Notes: generated by a model not told the origin, from the letters alone. Counted from the stretch's first letter, positions 13,492-28,401 are shown. The stretch: 64,000 bases of DNA from Eledone cirrhosa (GCA_964016885.1 OZ024743.1:361522001-361586000), one strand, 5' to 3'. Program-made: numbers and translations.

Positions 13492-14388
13492 GCGCGAGTG
13501 TGTGTGCATGTGTGTGCGTGTGGATGTAGGAATATGAGTATTTATGTGCTTCTCTTAATCTATAGCAGCATGTACAGTTATATAAGTCACATTAATCTAC
13601 ACCGGATGAAAGAAATCTAAATTTAAGCTTCAAAATGCACTATGTTCACTACACATTTTACAAAATCCAGCGTAGGAGTGAGAAATATCGCCTTGGCAAG
13701 TCAATTTTTTAAGAAATCAATCAAACAATCTTTCAAAATAAATTCAAAAAATATAATTTAGATATTTACCTATCCATATCGCTTTTACCGACGGTTTCGC
13801 CTCACAAAAGATTGGAAATCCGAGGGACTTCCAATGGAAAGTTCGGCTCTTCAGGAAGCATTTTCCTTTACATAGGACATAAAGTCCCACAGCCGGCAAA
13901 TATATTGCCTTCAGCCAGCTAGTGCAGGATCGAATGGGGCCGTAAACCTGACATACACGTGAACTGGTCGTTAATAGAAGCGGGAGTATCATAGACGTGT
14001 TGTCTCCCACACCACTAAAAATAGCAGCTATGTAAACAACAGATTTTGTCTCTACACATGGGAGAATTTAGATAAAATGAGATCAATATCCCCACAGGCA
14101 CTAAGTGCCCTCGGAAATATACAGTTGTTGTTCAATGGTATTAATTTGACATACCAGCTGTATGTATATATAGGGAGTGTAATGTGCATTTACCGTGGGT
14201 TCACCCGAGTGAGCACTCGATGCGTAGTTTCACATCTGTAACGAGGTGTAGAACTAAATGGAGTGTAAATATAATAATAAAAGGACGGGTCAGATCGATA
14301 CAGATCGGACCTTGAGCTGATCAATAGCGAAAAGCGCATCACTACTCAATAAACGTAATGAACACATAACAAATCGTCCTTTTATTAT

Positions 14389-14552
14389 TCGGACGCCATG
14401 CTTTCCAGCATAGTTACGTCCCTTTACGATCTGAGTTCAAATCCCGCCGAGGTTGACTTTGCCTTTCATCCTTACGGGGTCGATAAAATAAAGTACCAGT
14501 AATGCACTGGGTAATTGCTGGCCTTGTGCCTAAAGTAGAAACAATTATTATT
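14389..14552 (+). mobile_element. tRNA-derived SINE (same family)
   Basis: B-box plus Meta-like core. Confidence 0.85.
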
Positions 14553-14742
14553 GGGGGTTTGGCAGTATCGGTCGAGTATCTGACAACAGGCTTTGCAGCA
14601 CAGAGTTACGCCCCTTTCTGACGTGAGTTCAAATCCTGCCGAGGTTAACTTTGCCTTTCATCCTTACAGGGTCGATAAAATAAAGTACCAGTAATGCACT
14701 GGGATAATTGCTGGTCTTGTGCCAAAAGTAGAAACAATTATT
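14553..14742 (+). mobile_element. tRNA-derived SINE (tandem second copy)
   Basis: A-box-like TGGCAGTATCGG, B-box and core. Confidence 0.85.
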
Positions 14743-15021
14743 ATATACATATAAGTGTGTGTGTGTATTGAGTAAAATAACAGAAGGCCAGACTGTTGAA
14801 ATTCTTTCAAAGATTGAAGGAACTTTCCCAGTCCGGTGTCCTGTCATTAATTAACTCTGTTCTCGCACCACCAACAAGATTCAAGATCAAAGATGAATGG
14901 GTTGCATAACGTCGAGTGCTTTTCCTAAATTTACATTATGGTTAACTATATGTAATGATCAGTTCTATATAGTGGGGAACCCCAAACTTAAATGAATATA
15001 TATATATATATATATATATAT

Positions 15022-15206
15022 AACGAAGGAAATGTGGTAAGGAACCAGGTGGACCATAACGCACCAAAGTACTCAATACTTGAGGTAGTAGAGTGGGTAA
15101 TAGGAACCAGTAAGACCCCGACAGCTGAGCTCAAGCCGTTTCGACGGCTTGGTCCAGAATTAGCCGTCGAAACGGCTTGAGCTCAGCTGTCGGGGTCTTA
15201 CTGGTT

Positions 15207-15211
<5 letters not shown>
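15022..15211. mobile_element. Tailed mini-palindrome of the same PLE family as 32555-35797
   Basis: Tail 15022-15099, arms 15100-15149 and 15162-15211. Both termini match those of the 3.2 kb palindrome. Flanked by (TA)n. Confidence 0.9.
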
Positions 15212-15252
<41 letters not shown>

Positions 15253-15294
15253 TTTGCTTAAACTTTAATCTGTTATTTTAATATATATATATAT

Positions 15295-15411
15295 AGGCGT
15301 GTGGCTGAGTGGTTAGAGAATTGGATTCGCAATCGCAAGGTTGTGAGTTCGATTCCTGGACCAGGCGATGCGTTATGTCCTTGAGCAAGACACTTTATTT
15401 CACGTTGCTCC
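15295..15411 (+). mobile_element. Second tRNA-derived SINE family (CORE-like)
   Basis: A-box TGGCTGAGTGG, B-box GTTCGATTCC, then TGTCCTTGAGCAAGACACTT. Confidence 0.75.
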
Positions 15412-15519
15412 TTCTATCTGGAGTTGCGACCGATAGATAGTATTAGCAATTGGAAAGACCAACGGAAACATTGTTCCCTCGGTCCGATTTGACGAAAGTC
15501 GATCGTCCTTTAAAAAATA

Positions 15520-15565
<46 letters not shown>

Positions 15566-15597
15566 TAATATATATATATAAGATATATGCAAGAAAT

Positions 15598-16044
15598 GCT
15601 TAGGATTATCCTGAATGCAGTAATGGTTAATTACTATACTAGATAGAGTCGACGTACGGTGAGGGGTTACTCAACGAGTTATGAAAGAATAGTTAAAGAA
15701 ACTCGGTTTCCGATTCTTCTGTATTCCGGAGTGTAGATAAAGAATGAATAATAAAACAGGTAGACATCATAAAAAGGTAATTTATTCCGAGTGCTTACAT
15801 ATGTTTCTACAGTAGTTACACAGCCTTGTCATACTATGTGCAAATTGGTAGTTATTTATTTGCAGATATTCAATTTTCAAATGCTGTTTATCCTACCGTG
15901 TCTTCAGAGCAAATGGCTAAAGTGTAAATTCCCTTGTATTTTTTAAGGGGAAGATAGGGTAGAAAAGGAAGAAAGAAAGAAGGGTAGAGAGAGAGAGAGA
16001 GAGAGAGAGAAAAAAAGAGAGAGAGAGAGAGAGAGAGTGAGAGA

Positions 16045-16082
<38 letters not shown>

Positions 16083-16852
16083 TGTAGGGGTCGGAGAAAT
16101 GGGAGAGAGTGGTTTGAAGAATACAGATAGCTTAATCTAAATGTTGTGATAGGGTTCCAACAAGTGGTTTTATTATACTGCTTACTCTCAAAGTGACAAC
16201 TTCGGTATTGTGTTGATATTGTCAAGTCAAGTTTGGAATTATTTATTGCCACAGAGAGCAGGTTGATAGATATGGAGAAGGAGGGAGATAGACAGAGGGC
16301 GAGAGAGAGAGAGAGAAAGGGAGAGAGAGAAAGAGAGATAGAGAGAGAGAGAGCGGACAGAAAAAAGCTAAGAGAAGGGGAAGGAAAGGCGGTATACACC
16401 GAGTTCGTAGTTGTAGTTTGCTGATCACACCTCAGTATCCATTTATTATGATAAGCAAGGTACTCGCTTGTAGTGTGTGTGTGGGAAGGGGGGGGGGGGG
16501 GTTAATATAGTTAGGAAGTAGTTATTGAGTGAAATTAGTTAGCGAGAAAGTGGTGTAGTAATCTCGGTTCATGTTGTTATTTTATAGTGAGAACATTTAG
16601 CCTTCAGTTAGTATAACGATCGTTCGATTCTGTCATTTAGTAAGTTGTTTTTAGATTTCAAGATATAAAAGAGTTCAAGGTTGCATGATCTGCAGTACTT
16701 CAATCCACTCCGATATGCACTAGCGCTGGATAATTTGTCCCATTTCAAGGTGAACTGCCGGTTATATTCACGGAGTTGCCAGGTCTTATTGGCGAGCGTG
16801 GTTACAAAACGGTGTTCCGGATGTTTAATCGAAAATCGATGACGATACCGAT
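15598..16852 (-). mobile_element. 5'-truncated Naiad-type PLE: GIY-YIG C-terminus, UTR and pLTR
   Basis: The minus strand reads RYRHRFSIKHPEHRFVTTLANKTWQLREYNRQFTLKW..SASAYRSGLKYCRSCNLEL. The pLTR matches 63488-63784. Confidence 0.8.
15792..15911 (-). ncRNA. Type I hammerhead ribozyme with long stem II
   Basis: TGCT-CTGAAGA-CACGGTAG...CTACTGTA-GAA-ACATATGT-A-AGCA. Confidence 0.75.
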
Positions 16853-16853
16853 G

Positions 16854-16919
<66 letters not shown>

Positions 16920-17442
16920 TATTTCAAAATATATAGACCAGCATTAAATGGTTAATATACATTATGTCAACACCATAACATGCTAACCATCCAAACAGAC
17001 ACATACACACACACATAACACCTTCTACTTTAGAAAATAAAAAATAAAAACCCGAACTAAATAAACCTTAACATACGTTTGCACTGACAAATAAGTAAGG
17101 AAAATATGTTCATTCAAAAATATTCCTATTCAAAAATCATTTTCCTACACACACACACACACACACACACAATATATATATATTCTCTTCATCTTAATAT
17201 GCTAACCATACTCCCACACACATAACACCCATACACACACATAACCTCCACACCCACATACATAACTCCCTCCCCCATTTCTACTAATAAAATCACTTTC
17301 CTACACACATATATACACACACACAAAATATATATTCTCTCCATCTTAACATACTCCCACACACACACATAATACCCATATACACACACACACAACTCTC
17401 TCCCCCATTTCTACTAATAGAATCATCTTCCAATACACACAT

Positions 17443-17487
<45 letters not shown>

Positions 17488-18007
17488 AGCACACAAATAA
17501 ACATACACATCTTTACTTCAATAGAAAATCTGAATTCTGACACCCCAGGGAACTAACCATATTCACTGAACCAGAACAATTCTCCCATCCCATTTCTCTT
17601 GACCATTATCTTTTACTTATCATAAAATTCTCTAAAAAGGCTAAAGAATGGATTTCCAAATAAGGGCGCGAAAATTTAATGAAAACTTGTTCACGTGACA
17701 GCCATAATTTCATTTATAACCAATCAAATTGCGCTTATTTAAAAAAAAGCCTTCGTGAACCCCTTTTTTGAAGTAAAAAGAAATTCAAACACTCATATAT
17801 GAAAAATCAACCTGTGACACCCCCCCCCCCCTTGTTTGAAGAATTTTGTAACGCGAACTGGCGCGAAATTTATTATAATTATTGACCAACCAATCAAATT
17901 ACTTCTCGAAAAACCTGGCATTTCGAGCCACTTTTTCCATATAAAACAAGTAACATTCAGAGACCAACCAGATGTGAGAAAAACCACAGACCCTCCATCT
18001 CAACTCT

Positions 18008-18045
18008 ACTTTTGAAAAGCAGAAGAACTGCGAAACCGGTAAAGG
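18008..18045 (+). ncRNA. Minimal hammerhead ribozyme, U3-A8 variant
   Basis: CTT-TTGAAAA-GCAG-AAGAA-CTGC-GAA-ACCGGT-A-AAG. It lies in a pLTR (to about 18188) that ends in (TA)n. Confidence 0.75.
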
Positions 18046-18181
18046 AACCAAATAAATATATATATATTTTTTTTAAATATATATGCAAATCCAGTTGCAT
18101 TTTCGATTTCATCTTTTTTTCTTTATACTTTCACTCGTGTAAGACACCTCCGTTATTTTTCATTTTGTAAACAAAACTCAC

Positions 18182-18268
<87 letters not shown>

Positions 18269-19255
18269 CTACCAGCATGAGCGGTAATTATACGCAAATT
18301 AGAACATCCACTTTAGGAGAGCCTAAGTGATGGTGTACATAATTATTTGTATTACGTATTCCTTGTAGGTGTTTAGATGACATACACGCTTTCTAATGAA
18401 ATTCTAACTATTCTAACTAGGCTTGAAAACCGATTAAATGTATTTATCATTGTTTCACTTTACTGGGAAATACATATGTTTGGTATGTTTACATATCCAT
18501 ATACTAAACATGTGTAAATGTTGATACATATTTACACAGTTTGGTTTATTTTTAATCTGCATAAATATAGGGATATAAATTTATCATATTCTTTGTAAAG
18601 TCTCTTTAATTAACTATTTATTTCCTCAAAGTAAAAGCTATTTTTCAATCAGAACTTTTCATTCCATATATTATCTGCATAAAAAAGACATTATATTTCA
18701 ACCTTTGGCAACCGATGAAAATTAACATATATCTAAAGCATATTTTACCTATAATTGTTCTCGTAAACAAAGTTCTGATCATACCAGTCCATTTAAATAA
18801 AACATAAATTATTCGGTAATTGTAAATTCATCGTAAATTAAAATAACATCGAATGCATTATTAATTATTATTCAATATTTTTCTATACAATTTAATGTCA
18901 TTCAATATTATTCAATATTAATAATGTATGACTCACAATATGTGACTTAGCATTGTTAATGTTTAGATTAATTTCACAGTAATATTAATATATAATTAGT
19001 AATTTATGTAAGGGATCAACAAACCGATGTCATGGCAAGGTTTCAATTTCACATTGAATTAAAATATTCGTATATTATTTTATTAGTTTCAGAAAGACAG
19101 CACCCGTGCTGGCCTTAAAAGTATTTTAGTCGTTTGTATTAACACTAGTACATAGTTTCTGTTTGGTTCACATTTTATCGATTTCAATTCGATAAACTGG
19201 TATTTTCGGACTATACACACAGACGCACAAACATAAACACAGGACTATGAATGAG

Positions 19256-19750
<495 letters not shown>

Positions 19751-19819
19751 CGCTCGTGCCCTGTCGCAGCCTTCCCGGCTATATATATATATATATATAC
19801 ACGCACACATATTTTTTTC

Positions 19820-20032
19820 AGTGTAGTCTGCCTCTGGTGGTAGGGTCCGTACTGTAGATAGAACTCAATGTAATCGGATGGCGAATAACATAGTGAACTC
19901 TGTAGAGAAGTTCCGTGTTCCGCCGAGTTAATTCCTTAGATACAGAGTCAGATATTAGGTGATAAATTAACAATGAAAATAAAAACAACTTAACTTCGTT
20001 GTCTTTTTATATTTTCATTGTTAATTTAATAC

Positions 20033-20038
<6 letters not shown>
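19820..20038. mobile_element. Tailed mini-palindrome related to the 20112-32197 family
   Basis: The tail shares GAACTCAATGTAATC and TACAGAGTCA with the family tail. The hairpin at 19953-20038 runs into (TA)n. Confidence 0.65.
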
Positions 20039-20120
<82 letters not shown>

Positions 20121-20165
20121 TAAACAAATAATGAATAAACAATTCCTTATATTAAACAAAAAAAG

Positions 20166-20319
20166 TTCATTATTTAACGATCGTTTCTAGGATATATATG
20201 TGTTAGAGTTGGCATGCATATTCAACAGATCTATGTACAAAATTATACAAAATTATACAAACTATCAAGATTAAATATACATACCAACACATATATACGC
20301 CGTCTTCAGAAATAATGAA
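20166..20319 (-). ncRNA. Hammerhead ribozyme (mirror of 31858-32011)
   Basis: Reverse complement of the right-arm HHR. Confidence 0.8.
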
Positions 20320-21205
20320 ATATATTTATTGATAATAACAACAATTCAAACTTTCAGGTCCGTTTGGGAACAAAATTGACCAATGAAAATACAAAAGGTT
20401 TAATGCCGTTCGGTGTGTGTATATACATGTAATAACCCTTACACATATTTTACAAAAATGTATGCACAACCTGTATACTCATACAAAAAGGATGGATGCA
20501 AATACAAAATTTCAAGGTTAATGTCTCTGTAAGTTTATAATGCACAGATAAGATGCGTATAGATACATAAATATGAAATAAGTGTATACACATATTTTCA
20601 TACTAACACATATCCGTACAATCACACATACACGCGCGTATATGCATAAACATACACATAAACTACAAACATACAAACACACACACACCACCACTCACAT
20701 ATATATATGTGGATATAAAATCCTAAGCACATGGATATTAATTCACTCACGTAAACACTGGCACACACATTTAGATAAAGATACAGAAATTAGGTGGGAG
20801 GGGGGGGGGAGGTCAGTATTCAATGGTTTGGGCTGCCTGCTTAATATAGATGTATCTATAAACTAAGAAAATAAAAAATAATAATAAATAATAAATAAAC
20901 ATTAAAAAGGAAAGAAAAGAAAAAGAAAAAAGAAAAAAGAAAAAAGAAATATATCAAGAAAATATATATATATATATATATATACATATATCCACATATA
21001 TATATCTATATATATATATACATACATATACATATACATACACATACATACACACACACACACACATATACATATACACATACACATATACAAACACATA
21101 CATACATATACACACATCCACACTTAGAACATAACATACACACACATATATAAACATATACATATACACACATAGATACAAATACACACATACATATAAA
21201 TACAC

Positions 21206-21272
<67 letters not shown>

Positions 21273-21836
21273 CATACACTCATACATAGGCATATAATCA
21301 CACATACTATATAGACACACATATATATACACACATACATACACATATACCTACACTTACATACATATATACATACAGATATACACATACATACCTATAT
21401 ATACACACAAATACATACAGACATATATACATACATAGAGACAAATACTTACGCATCTATATATCGGTATATACATACAAACACCACTACACTCTCACAC
21501 AACTCAGACATACAAAGAAAAAGGTATATACCCATACACATATACATATACAAATAGAGAAACATATACATATATATATATATATACACATATATATACA
21601 TACATATATATATATATATACATACATATACATATACACATACACACATACACATATAAACACATACATACATGTACACACACATAGATATATATACACA
21701 CACATACACACATACACATACATATATAGTCATACACACACATACACCTACACGAACATACACATACACATATACAAAGATATATATACACACACACACA
21801 CACATACACACACACACATATATATAAAAAAAATAA

Positions 21837-21903
<67 letters not shown>

Positions 21904-22847
21904 TATACATACATACACATACATACACACATACAAAGACATATATGTACATACATACATATACATAGATACATACACATACATACATACATATATATAT
22001 ACACACATAGACATATACATACATACACACACAACATACATACACACATATATACTCATACATAGAATTAGATATATAAACATACATACATACGCACTTA
22101 CATATACTCATATATACCAATACAAACGCATCCATATATGCGTATATACATAGAAACACCACTACACCCTCATCCAATTCAGATATACAAAGAAAAAGGC
22201 ATATACATATACATATATACACGCATCAATAGAGATATATATACACATATATATATATATATATATATGTGTGTACACACACACACTTATATACATATAC
22301 CCACACACACATACAACCATAAATACACATACAAACACCCACATATATATATATATACACACACATAAAAGACAGACATGCACACATATATATTTTTTTA
22401 CACATATATATACACATATATATACATATACACACCCTCACATATACACTTACACATAAGTTATATTATAATAATAAATAATATATATATATATACACAT
22501 ACATATATATATATATATACATATATACATATACATATATATATATATACACACACATACATATGAATATAGACATATAAACACACATAGATATATATAC
22601 ATACATATATACACATACATATACACACACACACATATACACATTCACATATACATGTGTGTGCATACACACATATATATACATACACACATATACACAT
22701 AAACACATATATGTGTATACATGCACACACACACATATATCCACATAGATACGAAGATATACATATAAATAGAGAGACATACATATATATACACACACAC
22801 ACATATACATACATACATACACACACATATATATATATACATATACA

Positions 22848-22899
<52 letters not shown>

Positions 22900-23700
22900 C
22901 ACATACAGACATACACATACACATACATATACACACATGCATATATACACACACATACACATACATACACACATATATATATATATACACACAATCATAC
23001 ATTCTTATTTGCATGCGCATATATGTATTTTTACATTCAGATATAAATACCCAAATATATATACACCTACCTACATATATATTCATACATACACGCTTAC
23101 AAACACAGATGATAATAGTATGGGGGAAAGGGGGGGGGGTGGAGAAGGGGATTATAGTAAATATATGTTTCAAGAAACATAGAATATTATCTGTATCTAG
23201 ATCCAATGTATGTTTATACATAGTATCAGTGTTAGGAAATATAATAAACAAGGAATAAGGCAAAATTTATGCAATTCAAAATAAATAAGTATACCATTAA
23301 TTATATGTTAACTAAACTAAAGATAGTTAACATATTGATTTCTAAGGTGTAAATTAGTTAGGTTTATAATATTTGAAGCAGAATTTTGAAGTTAAATAGT
23401 AGTAGAGTATTAATTATAGTATAACTAAATTAAAGTTAATAACTTTATGGTATCAATATTAGGAAATGAATTTAGTAATAGGGAAAAAACAAATAAAGTA
23501 TTACATCGGTAGTAGAATATAAAATATAGGTTAATTAAATTAAAAATTATATATTTATTTCTATAGTATATGTTAATTAGGTATATAATAAATTAAACAG
23601 ATATTGTATTTTATCAATAGCAGAATATAATTATATGCAAATAGAAATCAAAATTAATACATATACATATACATATACATACACATACATATATACACAT

Positions 23701-23739
<39 letters not shown>

Positions 23740-24248
23740 TACGCACATACATACACATACACATATACATATACATATTTTTTCAAAAATTGCAAAGAAT
23801 ATATTAACTAGGTATAAATCCAAAACACATCCCATTCTATGATTAGATGACATTCTGCAATTCGTCTGTATAAGGATATTAATTTTAAGCCAATTAAATT
23901 AAATTTTTAGGTTGATTAAAATTAAAACCAAATTATAAATATATTTCTAAAATGTATATTAATTAGGTCTATATTACTAAAAATTATTTCTCTGTCATTG
24001 GATACACTATATTTTGTTATATTTTATCTGTAAAAGAATTATAATAAAAAAAATTATAATAAAAGGTTTAAATAAATTAAAATTAATCTATAAATTAAAA
24101 TACTAAGTATATATTAGTAATATTTAAAGGTTTTTCACAATTTATGATTACATAATATTTTATATTCTCATCTGTAATAGAATTTTAATTAAATTAAATT
24201 TATAGGTTAACTAACATTTAAATTAAATTAATTTCTAAAATAATGTTA

Positions 24249-26617
24249 TTAATTAGGTTTATAATATTTAAATGTTTTTTTTAGTTTATGATTACACGAT
24301 ATAATTAATTCCTGTCGTTTATTTAATAGGATATCCTTAGATTTCATTATTTCAAATAGTTCTTGGGAACATAATCTACATTCATTTCTATTATTTTGAT
24401 AAGGGGTGGCTCTTTTGAGCACACTCCAGGTCAAATCATATTCTATATTCTTATTTTTATAACTATTGATTTTTTCTGCTAGAGATGTTGTATTAGCCAG
24501 TGCGGCATTTTTAAAACTATGCTTATGGGTATTAAACCTTGTCTTAAAATTGTTAGAGGTAGCTCCTATATATGAGCAAATAGAATCTTTAGTTTTAACA
24601 TTACATTTATAGACTATGTTGTTAACAAGACAATTCCCTTTTAATGGGCAGTTTGCTTTGTTTCTACAGTTACAACCTTTCGTTAATTCTGTATTTGAGG
24701 AGATATTATGGTTAATTTGATGTACTGGTGGTATACTTATGGTTTTCTTACATTTATATGCATTATAGGCACTTATATTTTGTTTTATGTTATTTGTTGT
24801 AGAGTATGAGAATTTAACTGTAGACCTATTTAAGATTTGATGGTATTTGTGGTTTGGCGGGAAGTTTTTCTCTAGGATATAAAAAAATTTTTTAGCAATA
24901 TTATCCTTAATTTGTAAATTAAATGGAGCATTATACCAAGTAACCCGTCTATTACGGTTTCTATGTTGTTTATTATTTTTATTATTTTTATAGGTTGTAT
25001 CGTGATTTTTACTAGGAGGATTAATGTTAATGAACTCACCACAACCATTTTTAGTTATATTTGTAGATTTAGGTGTTTTATCCTTTTTATTAGGAGTTTT
25101 ATTAATATGATAAGTAGTTTTTTGAGAGTTACTATACTTTATATTAGAAGATTTGGTATTTTGGGGTATAGTGTGGGTGGCATTTAGGTGTGTACTTTTC
25201 ATTTGGTGTTTGTTGGTAATATTAGGTTGTATGCTTTCAGTATTTTTAGTAGAAGGTATATATTCTAATCTATTTTTGTGGCCACTTCTATCTAGAGCTT
25301 CGTTATAGAAGGTCGCATTTTTATCAAATACATCCTGGTTAGAAGAAAGGTTAGAAATTCTAAGTGATATATTATATGCAAGGTTTTTAAGGATAGATTT
25401 AGGGTGATTAGATTGTGAGTGTATGTAATGTAAGTTTTGGTTTGGTTTATGGTAAGGTTGGTAGATACCCGTAGCTAAATCTAAAGTTATATCTAGGAAA
25501 TTTACTACTTTACTTGTTTTTTCAAATGTAATATTAAGATTATAATAGTCTTTAAGGAAAGTTCTAATATGTTTTTTGTTTTTTTCAATTTCTGAAAGGC
25601 TAAGGTTGTTAGAAAGAAGAAGACAGTCATCACGATATAAACCACCTTTGAGGTGGGGAAAGGAGGCATTTATGTTGAAAAGGAGAAAGAGGCCCACAAG
25701 ATCAGTAATTTGGGCGGAATCGCTTGAACCCATAGTAATATCAAAAAGATTACTATATGTGTTTCTGGTCCAGTATTCATTCTGAAATTCAATAAGTGTT
25801 AGTCTAGCATGTGTAATAATATTAATGTCATCCAAAGTTAAGTTAGATCTATTTTTAGCAAATATCAATGCTTTGTTCAGGAGTATAGGTGATATAGAAC
25901 AATAGTAATTATCTATATCAAATTGTAGAAATGAAGCAGAAGATTTACATCTAATATTTTTAAACCAGTTAATTACCTGGGAGGTGTTTTCCCAGAGTGG
26001 TAAAATAACGTGTTTTCTTATTTGTGGGATGACTCTATCCAAAATTTTTTTGCTAATTATTCCAATATCTGATTTGGAGGGACATATAAGTCTAATAGAA
26101 GGATTTGAGTTAAAATTTGATTTATGATCCTTCAGGTTGAAGTGTGGTCTTTTCAATGCCAAAGGTTCAGTTCTATCTTCAATGTTTAGTTTTTTTACTA
26201 TGTTGTGTGTTTTGTTGTTGATGTTGGTGAGTGACGCATTATTAGATTTTTTATAATTTTTTCTGAGTTCTTTATATATGAATTCATTATAATGCTCAAT
26301 ATCCATATGATACAAGTTACCAGTTTTGTCCGAGTGGACATGGATTTTTTTAGACTTTTTTAGGTCCAATAGGGTAGAATCAAGGTCCTTTTGAAAGACG
26401 GATTTATACTTTTTAAATTTGAGGTGTTTAATTAAATTAAAAAGGTCTTTCTCGAAGTCTTCAAGTAAAAAGTTGTGTGGTGGATTCTTGTAAGTATTGA
26501 AATCATACATATATTTCCGATCTGCTTGTTTAGATTTTCTATCGAAGTGGTAGGCTCTCCATCTAACCCTTCTGATAAAATTATTAGTTTTCTGAATCAT
26601 AAGGAGTAAGAAGTCAA
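24249..26617 (-). CDS. PLE reverse transcriptase plus C-terminal GIY-YIG endonuclease (Naiad-type), slightly 5'-truncated
   Basis: FIRRVRWRA, LKDHK..RLICPSKSDIG, QFDIDNYY, ITMGSSDSAQ, LYRDD, GCNCR..CPL..C..IVY, YIGAT, C..C..E and LLNKR. The frame is uninterrupted. The first codons of the track ORF come from the inversion junction. Confidence 0.92.
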
Positions 26618-27892
26618 GAAAAAACAAGTAAAGTAGTAAATTTCCTAGATATAACTTTAGATTTAGCTACGGGTATCTACCAACCTTACCATAAACCAAA
26701 CCAAAACTTACATTACATACACTCACAATCTAATCACCCTAAATCTATCCTTAAAAACCTTGCATATAATATATCACTTAGAATTTCTAACCTTTCTTCT
26801 AACCAGGATGTATTTGATAAAAATGCGACCTTCTATAACGAAGCTCTAGATAGAAGTGGCCACAAAAATAGATTAGAATATATACCTTCTACTAAAAATA
26901 CTGAAAGCATACAACCTAATATTACCAACAAACACCAAATGAAAAGTACACACCTAAATGCCACCCACACTATACCCCAAAATACCAAATCTTCTAATAT
27001 AAAGTATAGTAACTCTCAAAAAACTACTTATCATATTAATAAAACTCCTAATAAAAAGGATAAAACACCTAAATCTACAAATATAACTAAAAATGGTTGT
27101 GGTGAGTTCATTAACATTAATCCTCCTAGTAAAAATCACGATACAACCTATAAAAATAATAAAAATAATAAACAACATAGAAACCGTAATAGACGGGTTA
27201 CTTGGTATAATGCTCCATTTAATTTACAAATTAAGGATAATATTGCTAAAAAAATTTTTTATATCCTAGAGAAAAACTTCCCGCCAAACCACAAATACCA
27301 TCAAATCTTAAATAGGTCTACAGTTAAATTCTCATACTCTACAACAAATAACATAAAACAAAATATAAGTGCCTATAATGCATATAAATGTAAGAAAACC
27401 ATAAGTATACCACCAGTACATCAAATTAACCATAATATCTCCTCAAATACAGAATTAACGAAAGGTTGTAACTGTAGAAACAAAGCAAACTGCCCATTAA
27501 AAGGGAATTGTCTTGTTAACAACATAGTCTATAAATGTAATGTTAAAACTAAAGATTCTATTTGCTCATATATAAGAGCTACCTCTAACAATTTTAAGAC
27601 AAGGTTTAATACCCATAAGCATAGTTTTAAAAATGCCGCACTGGCTAATACAACATCTCTAGCAGAAAAAATCAATAGTTATAAAAATAAGAATATAGAA
27701 TATGATTTGACCTGGAGTGTGCTCAAAAGAGCCACCCCTTATCAAAATAATAGAAATGAATGTAGATTATGTTCCCAAGAACTATTTGAAATAATGAAAT
27801 CTAAGGATATCCTATTAAATAAACGACAGGAATTAATTATATCGTGTAATCATTAACTAAAAAAAACATTTAAATATTATAAACCTAATTAA
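26618..27892 (+). pseudogene. Inverted 5'-truncated copy of the same ORF (thumb plus GIY-YIG)
   Basis: Near-identical to the left copy, but with YIG to YIR, FF to IF and an early TAA at 27854-27856. Confidence 0.9.
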
Positions 27893-28401
27893 TAACATTA
27901 TTTTAGAAATTAATTTAATTTAAATGTTAGTTAACCTATAAATTTAATTTAATTAAAATTCTATTACAGATGAGAATATAAAATATTATGTAATCATAAA
28001 TTGTGAAAAACCTTTAAATATTACTAATATATACTTAGTATTTTAATTTATAGATTAATTTTAATTTATTTAAACCTTTTATTATAATTTTTTTTATTAT
28101 AATTCTTTTACAGATAAAATATAACAAAATATAGTGTATCCAATGACAGAGAAATAATTTTTAGTAATATAGACCTAATTAATATACATTTTAGAAATAT
28201 ATTTATAATTTGGTTTTAATTTTAATCAACCTAAAAATTTAATTTAATTGGCTTAAAATTAATATCCTTATACAGACGAATTGCAGAATGTCATCTAATC
28301 ATAGAATGGGATGTGTTTTGGATTTATACCTAGTTAATATATTCTTTGCAATTTTTGAAAAAATATGTATATGTATATGTGTATGTGTATGTATGTGCGT
28401 A

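Noticed and set aside
15295-15370. tRNA gene
   Set aside because: A and B boxes are present, but there is no proper acceptor stem and it continues into a SINE core.
24249-26627. Selenocysteine recoding, reported for some Naiad elements
   Set aside because: The ORF has no in-frame TGA, so nothing here supports it.
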